Assembly: GCA_002327845.1 (NCBI GenBank)
Contig: DCUP01000006.1
Span: 70,015-134,014 of the forward strand
Direction of reading: 5' to 3'
Source of the DNA: Patescibacteria group bacterium UBA2211
Lineage (GTDB): Bacteria; Patescibacteriota; Minisyncoccia; Minisyncoccales; Minisyncoccaceae
DNA: 64,000 nt
Below the pieces are notes generated by a model. That model was not told where the DNA came from. It saw only the letters and a list, made by a program, of their open reading frames with translations, and ran no database searches. Shown here piece by piece: positions 26,337-34,600 of this stretch. The position numbers and the translations under genes are program-made. Every line of letters begins with the position of its first letter. Positions within the stretch are counted from its first letter, which is position 1.

Positions 26337-28253
26337 TTAATTTGCAGTTATGGTCAATACCATATTAATATCATAATCACTTGCCACTGGTTGTTCTGTG
26401 GGAATTTTTTGACTAATAGAAACACCTTGAAGCGTCCAATCTCCAATATCATCAGAAGCTGAGGTTGCACTAAGTAACGTAATAGAATTAACGGGTGTTC
26501 CAGCTACTTCATCGAAAGCAGCTGACGATCCCTTACTAACACCAGTCAAGGTACACGATCCACATTGTCCTATTGCTAAAGTAGCAACAGAAGGATCAAT
26601 TGTCATTTGTCCACCTACAGCATCAGCGTCTGTAGCATGATCAGTACATCCTGTACCTGTTCCCGGATCATTAAAATCATAATCTGTACCAGCACTGTCC
26701 CAAACATTTGTTGTTGCTTGTGCTGCTACAGTTAAAGTCCAACCATTATCAGCAGCATCATTATTATTAACATAAATCTGTTGCGAAGCCGTACCAAAAC
26801 TCCCCGTAATTGTTTGACAAGAAAAAGAAAAAGTCGCACTACTCATGGCCATTGTTGGACTAGAAACAGTAACATAACTAGCATCAACAATATCAGCAGA
26901 TAAAGAACCACAAGATCCTGTCGCTTGGTCAGAAGTTGCAGCAGAATAAGGACCTTCTCCTGAAGCATTAGTCGAACGAACCTGATAACGATAAATAGTA
27001 CCGCCACAAGTTAATCCAGAATCATCATAATAAGCATTTGTTACTCCTGAAGCAATTTCAGAAAAATTTGTACAACCAGTTCCAGAACAACGCTCTACTC
27101 TATAACTAGTCGCTCCGCCAGTTGGAGCAGTCCAATTAAGTCTTAAGCTTGTTCCTTGAACGTTAGTAAAATTAAGAGAAGTCGGTGCCCCTGGACGAGT
27201 TAAAATACTTGCTTCAGCTGATAATGGAGATTCTTCGCTTGCAGTATCATAATCAGTAACTGAATAATAATATGTTGTATTTCCTGTTGTTGAACTATCA
27301 GTATAAGAATTAGTAGTAGAGTTTGCTAAAAATGTTGAAACTGGAGAAGCACCATCTCTATAAACCTTGTAAGGGGTTGTTGCATGAAGTCCATTTGCTC
27401 CAGTTCCAGCCGTACTAGTTGTCCAATTAAGTTGCGCATTTGTTGTTCCTGCTGGCGCAGAAGCACTAAGTCCAGTCGGAGCAAAATTAACAACGATATT
27501 ATCAACAGCAATACTAGTTCCAGCAGCGGAAGAATTTCTCACATTAAAATTAACACGAATAGTATAATTAGTACCACCAGTCAAAGAAACATCACTACTA
27601 AAACTAGTTGTTGTCCATGAAGTACTGGCGGTCATAAGAGCACAACCAAGATTAGCTATACGTGTTGTATTACCAGAATCCCAAATTTCAAGAGAAACCA
27701 TGCCAGTACCCCAGCCTGTACCAGTACCATAATAACTAAATTTTCCTTTTGCTTTTACTGTTCCACTACCAGGAGCAGTAACTGTTTGATAAATCATTCC
27801 TCTATAATTTTTATTTTTTGTTGCTGGAGTACCTGCTGCAAAAGCTGTTTGTCCTCCCATACTACTACTATATATAAAAGTTAAAAAAGTGTATTCAGTA
27901 GCATCAGTACCATTACACGCAGTTGATGATCCGCTTGAAGTACCATCTGTAGATGTCCAACCAGTAGAATTACCATTAAAATTCCAATTATTTGTTTTAT
28001 TTAAAGCAAACACTTCTTCCGTTTCAAAGGGAACTCTAGGATTTTGCCAAATTGGAGGCCAACCAGAAAATAACCAACTAAAAATTAAAGTAAAAACTAC
28101 AAGTTTTATAAAAATCTTTTTAGAGAAAAATTGTTTAGAAAATTTTACTTCTTTAAAAATATTCCGCCAGAAATTTGCAAAAATATCTATCCCTTCATAC
28201 GTTTTTTTATTCTGTTGGTGGGACTTTAATTTTTTGTCTTGTTTTAAGAGCAT
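26337..28253 (-). CDS. Large surface protein: TM anchor, CBM/jelly-roll-like region, two FN3 domains, C-terminal WxL-like domain
   Basis: FN3 signatures (LNWT...YKVYRDG; LRLNWTAP...YRVERC...YRYQVRSTN). IAVDNIVVNF end of a jelly-roll-like module. The last ~190 aa are paralogous to 29387..30094. T/S/G/A-rich. The start overlaps the upstream gene by 47 nt, so it is uncertain. Confidence 0.65.
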   Translation of the reverse strand: MLLKQDKKLKSHQQNKKTYEGIDIFANFWRNIFKEVKFSKQFFSKKIFIKLVVFTLIFSWLFSGWPPIWQNPRVPFETEEVFALNKTNNWNFNGNSTGWTSTDGTSSGSSTACNGTDATEYTFLTFIYSSSMGGQTAFAAGTPATKNKNYRGMIYQTVTAPGSGTVKAKGKFSYYGTGTGWGTGMVSLEIWDSGNTTRIANLGCALMTASTSWTTTSFSSDVSLTGGTNYTIRVNFNVRNSSAAGTSIAVDNIVVNFAPTGLSASAPAGTTNAQLNWTTSTAGTGANGLHATTPYKVYRDGASPVSTFLANSTTNSYTDSSTTGNTTYYYSVTDYDTASEESPLSAEASILTRPGAPTSLNFTNVQGTSLRLNWTAPTGGATSYRVERCSGTGCTNFSEIASGVTNAYYDDSGLTCGGTIYRYQVRSTNASGEGPYSAATSDQATGSCGSLSADIVDASYVTVSSPTMAMSSATFSFSCQTITGSFGTASQQIYVNNNDAADNGWTLTVAAQATTNVWDSAGTDYDFNDPGTGTGCTDHATDADAVGGQMTIDPSVATLAIGQCGSCTLTGVSKGSSAAFDEVAGTPVNSITLLSATSASDDIGDWTLQGVSISQKIPTEQPVASDYDINMVLTITAN

Positions 28254-29361
28254 AGGGCGGTTCTAGTTTATTTACTTTAGCAATAAGCTTCCAGGAAACA
28301 TTAAATTTATCAGCAAGAGATTTAATATTTTCACCCGACTTAACAGAATAATCAACCCAATTATCTTTAATCCATCTCTTTCTCTTCTTTGAAAGCCAAA
28401 GAAGGAATACGGCAAACAAAATCAATAATAAAACTACAATTTCTATTATTAACCCTGGTAGTGTTGGAAAACTAAAAAACCACACAGAAGGACCTACTAG
28501 TTTAGTTAATTTTTTACCACTTTCTATTCCAATTCCAGCTTCTTGGTTTTCATCATACTCAACGGTAAATGTTGACACATACAAACCACCCCAAAAAGGT
28601 TTTTTAAGTTCAAAATTCCAATCAGAAGTTTCTCCTCGTAAAATCGGGTATTGTCCGCCATGAGTGATATATTTTAAGCCAAAAAAATAACGAGTCGTTA
28701 CTTGCGCATTCGCATCGATAGAAACATTACCATTGTTTTTCACTAAAGGATGCAAAGAAAAACCTCCTTTATTGTTTGGTTTTACGGTAAAACCAACTAT
28801 TTCTAAATTTCTTGTAAGATCTCCTGGAATCGTAATTACAACTCGAAGACCGGTACGAAAAGATAAACTAGCTCCACTTTTATCATTCGTTTCTTCCTTC
28901 TTTTCTTGCATAACAATACAACCATTATGCTCTCCCGCGCTTGCATTTTCGGGAACATTAATAGTAAAAGGATCTATTTCGTTTGTTCCTGGCTCAAGAG
29001 TTATTTCAGATTTTTCAAGTTCTATCCATGTGCCAACATCTTTTTGTTTATCTAAAACTTGAGAACAAGCAAAAGCACCCTCAGTGGATGGAACAGAATC
29101 AACCGCATTAATTAATATCGTTTTTCGCTCACTGGTATTATTTAATATTAATACACCTTCTTCTTGAGTATCACCTGGTTCAAGAGTATGAACAAAAATA
29201 GATTCTGTACGAGGATTGCCATCTTGAGGATAAGCAGGTCTACCACCAAAACCACCATATTCAATCGCAAAAACATTATTAATATAAAAAGAAACAACTA
29301 ATATAGGCAAACAAATGGCAATAAGTCGTATCGCTCTTATTTTGATACTCAGGTTGTGCAT
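28207..29361 (-). CDS. DUF916/DUF3324-like (CscA-like) cell-surface protein with TM segment and C-terminal LysM
   Basis: FVHTLEPGDTQEEGVLILNNTSERKTILINAVDS...EGAFAC resembles DUF916. GFTVKPNNKGGFSLHPLVKNNGNVSI resembles DUF3324. TM LIIEIVVLLLILFAVFLLWL+KKRKR. LysM YSVKSGENIKSLADKFNVSWKLIAKVNKL...KIKVP. Confidence 0.6.
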   Translation of the reverse strand: MHNLSIKIRAIRLIAICLPILVVSFYINNVFAIEYGGFGGRPAYPQDGNPRTESIFVHTLEPGDTQEEGVLILNNTSERKTILINAVDSVPSTEGAFACSQVLDKQKDVGTWIELEKSEITLEPGTNEIDPFTINVPENASAGEHNGCIVMQEKKEETNDKSGASLSFRTGLRVVITIPGDLTRNLEIVGFTVKPNNKGGFSLHPLVKNNGNVSIDANAQVTTRYFFGLKYITHGGQYPILRGETSDWNFELKKPFWGGLYVSTFTVEYDENQEAGIGIESGKKLTKLVGPSVWFFSFPTLPGLIIEIVVLLLILFAVFLLWLSKKRKRWIKDNWVDYSVKSGENIKSLADKFNVSWKLIAKVNKLEPPYALKTRQKIKVPPTE

Positions 29362-29386
29362 AAATTTTTTATTAAATTTTAGATAC

Positions 29387-30094
29387 TTATAAAGCAGTTG
29401 CAGTAAGAACTAAATTAATATCATAATCGCTAGCAGCTGGTTGTTCTGCGGGAATTTTTTGACTAATACTAATACCTGTTGCTTTCCAATCACCGATATC
29501 ATTAGAACCACTTGTTGCAGAAATAATATTTATACTATCTGTTACGCCCTCACTAAAAGAGGATGGTGAAGCACCCAAGGTAACACCTGTTGTATCACAA
29601 CTTGCACAAGCTCCTTTTGATAACGTTCCAACCGATGGATCAACAGTCATCTGTCCACCAACAGTATCACCAACATCAGCACCATCAGTACAACCAGAAC
29701 TAGTTGGATCGTTAAAATCAAAATCCACACCAGCACTATCCCATACAGCACTAGTACTTGAACCTGCTAAGGCTAAATTCCAACCAGAATCAGCGGCATC
29801 AGGATTAGAAACATAAATTTGCTGAGTTGCTTCACCAAAAGTACCAGTTTTTGTTTGACAAGAAAAACTAAATGTTGCTGCAGTCATTGCAAAAGAAGGA
29901 CTTGCAACGGTAACATAACTACCATCAACTATGTCTGCCGCAAGAGTACCAGCATTAATAGTTTGAGTAAAGTTTGAGGTTGCTGATGCTAAAACATATG
30001 TTGTTCCTCCTAATCCACCAGCTAACAACACAGCTAAACACAATGTAACTGCTATATTTAATTTTCCTAAAAATATTCTAATTATATTTTTCAT
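29387..30094 (-). CDS. Secreted WxL-like domain protein
   Basis: Signal or anchor peptide. GTLAADIV...FAM...F.F, NPDAADSGWNLAL (GW.L), GDWKATGISI and C-terminal YDINLVLTATAL resemble WxL-domain layout. Confidence 0.55.
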   Translation of the reverse strand: MKNIIRIFLGKLNIAVTLCLAVLLAGGLGGTTYVLASATSNFTQTINAGTLAADIVDGSYVTVASPSFAMTAATFSFSCQTKTGTFGEATQQIYVSNPDAADSGWNLALAGSSTSAVWDSAGVDFDFNDPTSSGCTDGADVGDTVGGQMTVDPSVGTLSKGACASCDTTGVTLGASPSSFSEGVTDSINIISATSGSNDIGDWKATGISISQKIPAEQPAASDYDINLVLTATAL

Positions 30095-30346
30095 AATTAT
30101 TTATTATATTTATTATTTTTTATATTATATAGAAACAAAAAATCGACCAAGAATTTAACTACCTCATAATTATTAATTTAAAATTAAACAAATAAAAACA
30201 ACTATCTATTGTTTTTTTCGCACTAGAAAAATTAAAACTTGGATAAATTAGAACATTCGATAAATTACTATACATCATTTAAAATATTATCTGCATTTTT
30301 ATTGTTTTAACTTGAAAATATTATGACATCACTATCATCATACTTA

Positions 30347-30375
30347 ATTTTATTAAATAATATTTATCCTGTCAA
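30347..30375 (-). promoter_or_regulatory. Candidate sigma70 promoter upstream of the surface operon
   Basis: TTGACA (30370-30375), 17 bp, TAAAAT (30347-30352) on the minus strand. About 245 nt upstream of the ATG at 30094. Confidence 0.4.
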
Positions 30376-30404
30376 GTTTTTTCTAAATTTAAATTATGTA
30401 TAAA

Positions 30405-30434
30405 AAAATATTTTGCTTTTAAACAAAATATTTT
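30405..30434 (-). terminator. AT-rich hairpin after secA
   Basis: AAAATATTTTG-8 nt-CAAAATATTTT perfect inverted repeat followed by T-run on the minus strand. Confidence 0.45.
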
Positions 30435-30440
30435 CTCTTC

Positions 30441-32891
30441 TTAATCTATTTTTCCACAACATTTTTTGTATTTTTTCCCACTTCCGCAAGGACAAGGATC
30501 ATTCCTACCAATTTCTTCTTTGGAAGCACCACTTCCCCTGTCTTCAGAAATAACTTGCATCTGATTAGGAGCACTTTCTACCTTAATTGTTGCCCTCATA
30601 ATGCTCTCTACAAGCATTCTTTCATAGTTCTCTAGTAATTCCTTAAACATTTTGTATCCCTCCTTCTTATACTCAACTAGAGGGTCTCTTTGACCATAAG
30701 CTCTTAACCTGACCGAATCTTTTAAGCTTTCCATGTTCTCCAAGTGTTCAATCCAAAGATTATCTATCACTCTTAAGCCAGCCACTTTTTCAATTTGTCT
30801 CATATTATCTACTCCAACCTCTTTTTCTTTCTTTTCGTAATCTTCTTGAGAATAATCATATTTTTCTAATAAGGGTAAAATTAATTCTTTTAATTCTCCC
30901 TTTTCTGATTTTTCTAGTATTTCAACTCTTTTTGAATAAATTGTTGTTCTTTGTTTATTCAAAACATCATCATATTCCAAAATATGCTTTCTAGCGTCAA
31001 AATTAAATCCTTCTATTTTTCCTTGAGCTGATTCAATGCTTCTAGAAATCATTCCATTCTCAATGGGAGTGTCTTCAGGAATATTGAATTTTTCCATTAA
31101 TGATTTAATTCTATCTCCGCCGAATATTCTAATAACATCATCATCTAGAGAAACAAAAAATTGGGTTGCTCCTGGATCTCCTTGTCTTCCTGCTCTTCCT
31201 CTTAATTGATTATCAATTCTTCTCGCTTCATGTCTTTCAGTTCCAATAACATGTAAGCCACCCAACTTCTTAACTTCTTCGTTTTCTTCTGGTGTTGATG
31301 GTTTTCCTCCTAAATAAATATCAACTCCACGACCAGCCATATTAGTAGCAATAGTAACGCCACCCTTTCTTCCAGCTTGAGCAATAATCTCACCCTCTTC
31401 TTCGTGGTGTTTAGCATTCAAAACTTTATGAGGAATTCCCTCTCTTGATAATAATTTATCTAAATATTCATTCTTTTCAATTGAAGTTGTTCCAACTAAT
31501 ACTGGCTGACCTGTTTTGTATTTTTCTTTAACCTCTTCAGCTACTGCTCTAAACTTAGCTTCTTCTGTTTTATAAACTTTATCTCCTAAGTCTTTTCTAA
31601 CAATATCTTTATTGGTTGGAATAACAACAACATCTAAATGATATACTTTATCAAATTCTTCAGCCGATGTTTCAGCTGTTCCTGTCATTCCAGCAAGCTT
31701 TTCATACATTCTAAAATAGTTCTGGAATGTAATTGAAGCTAAAGTTATTGATTCAGGCATAATTCTCACTCCCTCTTTGGCTTCTATTGCTTGATGTAAC
31801 CCACCAGACCATCTTCTTCCTGGCATCATTCTGCCAGTAAATTCGTCAACAATAATAATTTCACCGTTTTTAATGACATAGTCTTTGTCTTTCTTAAAAA
31901 GAATTTCTGCTTTAAGGGCCTGTTCCATATGATGAAGATATTTTATTCCTCTTTCATCATAAATATTACCAACATTTAAAACTGCTTCTATCTTATCGAT
32001 TCCTTTTTCAGTTAAAGTAACAGCTCTTAATTTTTCATCAACCTCATAATCTTCCTCTTTGTTTAATCTAGGAATAATTTTTGAAAATTCTGTATACCAT
32101 TTTGATCCTTCTTCATCGGGAGCAGAAATAATTAAAGGTGTTCTAGCTTCATCAATCAATATTGAATCTACTTCATCAACGATTGCATAATTAAATCCTC
32201 TCTGCATTCTATTCTTTAAATCATAGACCATGTTGTCTTTCAAATAATCAAAACCAAACTCATTATTTGTTCCATAAGTAATATCGCAATCGTAAGATTC
32301 TTTTCTTGAACAAGGTCTTAAAAAATCTTCTTCAACTAAAAATCCTCCGAGCTCGTCTCTTTCTTCATCTTTCTTCTCTTCAGCTTTTTTGTATTCTGAG
32401 TCATAGATAAAAGATTGGTCATGATTTATACAACCGACAGTTAATCCAAGAAAATTATATATCTGACCCATCCAAACAGCATCTCTTCTTGATAAGTAAT
32501 CATTAACAGTAACTAAGTGACATCCTTTGCCTAAAAGAGAGTTTAAAACCAAAGGTAAAGTTGCAGTTAATGTTTTTCCTTCTCCTGTTCTCATCTCAGC
32601 AATTTTACCTTGGTGTAGAGCTATTCCTCCAATCAATTGACAATCAAAATGCCTTTGATTAAGAGTTCTCTTACCAGACTCTCTTACTAAAGCAAAAACT
32701 TCCGGTAAAACATTGTCTATCACTTCCCCATCAGTTAATCTTTTTTTAATATCCTGTATTTTAACCTTAATTTCTTCAGGACTTAAAGCCGAAACCTCAG
32801 TCTCTAAATCATTAATTTGATTGATTAAAGGCTTTAAACTATTTGCGTATTTAGTGTTTGCGTTGCCAAAAAGGCTTTCTAGAAATGCCAT
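30441..32891 (-). CDS. secA: Preprotein translocase ATPase SecA
   Basis: MRTGEGKTL, DEVDSILIDEARTPLIIS, TNMAGRGVDI, C-terminal zinc motif CPCGSGKKYKKCCG. Confidence 0.97.
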   Translation of the reverse strand: MAFLESLFGNANTKYANSLKPLINQINDLETEVSALSPEEIKVKIQDIKKRLTDGEVIDNVLPEVFALVRESGKRTLNQRHFDCQLIGGIALHQGKIAEMRTGEGKTLTATLPLVLNSLLGKGCHLVTVNDYLSRRDAVWMGQIYNFLGLTVGCINHDQSFIYDSEYKKAEEKKDEERDELGGFLVEEDFLRPCSRKESYDCDITYGTNNEFGFDYLKDNMVYDLKNRMQRGFNYAIVDEVDSILIDEARTPLIISAPDEEGSKWYTEFSKIIPRLNKEEDYEVDEKLRAVTLTEKGIDKIEAVLNVGNIYDERGIKYLHHMEQALKAEILFKKDKDYVIKNGEIIIVDEFTGRMMPGRRWSGGLHQAIEAKEGVRIMPESITLASITFQNYFRMYEKLAGMTGTAETSAEEFDKVYHLDVVVIPTNKDIVRKDLGDKVYKTEEAKFRAVAEEVKEKYKTGQPVLVGTTSIEKNEYLDKLLSREGIPHKVLNAKHHEEEGEIIAQAGRKGGVTIATNMAGRGVDIYLGGKPSTPEENEEVKKLGGLHVIGTERHEARRIDNQLRGRAGRQGDPGATQFFVSLDDDVIRIFGGDRIKSLMEKFNIPEDTPIENGMISRSIESAQGKIEGFNFDARKHILEYDDVLNKQRTTIYSKRVEILEKSEKGELKELILPLLEKYDYSQEDYEKKEKEVGVDNMRQIEKVAGLRVIDNLWIEHLENMESLKDSVRLRAYGQRDPLVEYKKEGYKMFKELLENYERMLVESIMRATIKVESAPNQMQVISEDRGSGASKEEIGRNDPCPCGSGKKYKKCCGKID

Positions 32892-32960
32892 ATATTTTAA
32901 TTATTATACCACTACATACTATATTAAGAAAGATAAAACGTCAAAGCATTTATTCAATAG

Positions 32961-32984
32961 AAAAAGCACCTATTAAGGTGCTTT
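32961..32984 (-). terminator. Terminator after hpf
   Basis: AGCACCT-taat-AGGTGCT followed by T5 on the minus strand. Confidence 0.7.
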
Positions 32985-32987
32985 AAT

Positions 32988-33323
32988 TTATTTTTTTACT
33001 CTTCTTCTTTGTTCTAAAGATATCTTCTCTTTGTGTTTTTTAATTTGAACCTCTAATTCTTCCCTAACATCGGTTAGAGCAGAACGAAAATCTTCTTTCT
33101 TCGAAACGGCTCTCAACATTTTACCACCCGGAACTTCGACTTGAACCTCTACGCGAAATATGTCTCCCTTCTGATGATGCCTAGTTGTCTTTTCTAATTC
33201 AACGTCAATAATTAGGTCTGGATTTTCTGGAAGTAATTTTTCTATCTTCTTAATTTTTTGATCAATTAATTTTAATAAATAATCAGTTAACTCTACATTG
33301 GTCCCTTTTATTTTTATGTTCAT
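32988..33323 (-). CDS. hpf: Ribosome hibernation promoting factor / RaiA family
   Basis: MNIKIKGTNVELTDYL...IEKL... layout. 111 aa. Confidence 0.8.
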   Translation of the reverse strand: MNIKIKGTNVELTDYLLKLIDQKIKKIEKLLPENPDLIIDVELEKTTRHHQKGDIFRVEVQVEVPGGKMLRAVSKKEDFRSALTDVREELEVQIKKHKEKISLEQRRRVKK

Positions 33324-33347
33324 ACTTTTTTAAAAAGACTTTCTAAC

Positions 33348-33374
33348 TAAAACAACTCACTAGGAGTTGTTTTA
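33348..33374 (-). terminator. Hairpin after the small basic ORF
   Basis: AAACAACTC-ctagt-GAGTTGTTT on the minus strand, directly after the TAA at 33383-33385. Confidence 0.5.
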
Positions 33375-33382
33375 GAGAAAAT

Positions 33383-33487
33383 TTATTTTCTTTTCTTTGC
33401 AGTCTTCTTTTTTGCTGCCTTCTTTGCTGGTTTCTTCTTTGCTACTTTCTTTACAGCTTTTTTTGCAGCTTTCTTTTTTGTTGCCAT
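33383..33487 (-). CDS. Unannotated 34-aa Lys/Ala-rich basic protein (histone H1/HC2-tail-like)
   Basis: Manual translation: MATKKKAAKKAVKKVAKKKPAKKAAKKKTAKKRK*. It is below the ORF-track size cut-off, lies in an otherwise empty 270-bp gap and is followed by a hairpin. Confidence 0.5.
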   Translation of the reverse strand: MATKKKAAKKAVKKVAKKKPAKKAAKKKTAKKRK

Positions 33488-33597
33488 TTTATTTTGAAAA
33501 AGTTTGATTTTTAATTAGTCGACCTTTTTCGTTACTCAAAAAATTATCTACTAATTATATTTTCGTCTTTATTAAAAAATTTGTCAATAGTAAAATG

Positions 33598-34581
33598 CTA
33601 AAAAATTTTAATTTCTTCACTTAGATCGATTAAAAATTTTTCTTTCACTGATTTTTTTATTAAATTTATTAAATTTATAACATCATCTGATGTTGCATTT
33701 TTTAAATTGATAATAAAATTTGCATGTTCATCTGAAATTTTTGCATCACCAATTTTTTTTCCTTTCAAACCACACAACTCAATCAATAATCCTGCTGGAA
33801 TAATTCCTTTTTCATTAAAACTTTTTAATTGAGGATAATTTTCAATAATATTTTCTTCTAATTTTCCTTGATAATTTTTAAAAATAGAACCAGCGGAAAA
33901 CCCTTTTGGTTGCTTCACTATTCTCTTGTTTAGATTATCGCTTATTCTTTTTTTAATCTCATCTTCATTGTCTTTTATTAGGTTTAACTCAGCAGAAACA
34001 ATTAATAAATTATTATCATTTTTAAAAATACTTGTTCTATATCCAAAAAGACATTCCTTATTCTTCATCTTCTTTTCTAAAACATTATTAGAAGAAATAT
34101 CCAAAACATCAACACTTTCAATTGAATTAGAAATTGATTCATTGAAAGCACCTGCATTACCATTAATCGCACCACCTAGTGTTCCTGGTATTCCAGCTCC
34201 CCACTCAAGACCAGATAAATTTTTCATTTCAGAAATTAAAAAAGATAATGGAATGGATGTATCAACTTTAACAATCATACTGTTTCCATTTTCTTTTTTC
34301 TCAATATTAAAATTTTCTTTTAATAAATTTTCTGCTCTGTAAGCGACAACTAATCCATCAAAACCATTATCAGAAAAAAGAATATTGCTTCCACCTCCTA
34401 TTACTAAGAAAGGAATATTTTCTTTATTTACTCTTTCAATTATTTTTTTTAATTCTTTTTTGTCAGAAGTTCTTAAAAAATATTTAGCTAAACCACCGAT
34501 TCTAAAAGTAGAATAATTCTTAAGAGGAATATCTTTTTCTATTCTAGGAAAATCATTTTTTAATTCATTAAATACATCCAT
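33598..34581 (-). CDS. murB: UDP-N-acetylenolpyruvoylglucosamine reductase
   Basis: FRIGGLAKYF, VIGGGSNILF, GAGIPGTLGGAINGNAGA, SAGSIFKN. Confidence 0.9.
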   Translation of the reverse strand: MDVFNELKNDFPRIEKDIPLKNYSTFRIGGLAKYFLRTSDKKELKKIIERVNKENIPFLVIGGGSNILFSDNGFDGLVVAYRAENLLKENFNIEKKENGNSMIVKVDTSIPLSFLISEMKNLSGLEWGAGIPGTLGGAINGNAGAFNESISNSIESVDVLDISSNNVLEKKMKNKECLFGYRTSIFKNDNNLLIVSAELNLIKDNEDEIKKRISDNLNKRIVKQPKGFSAGSIFKNYQGKLEENIIENYPQLKSFNEKGIIPAGLLIELCGLKGKKIGDAKISDEHANFIINLKNATSDDVINLINLIKKSVKEKFLIDLSEEIKIF

Positions 34582-34600
34582 ATTTAAATTATAACACGAA

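Noticed and set aside
30095-30345. A small ORF (about 37 codons, MYSNLSNVLIYPSF...) on the minus strand in the long leader.
   Set aside because: It lies in very AT-rich sequence where short ORFs arise by chance. It has no SD and an implausible peptide.
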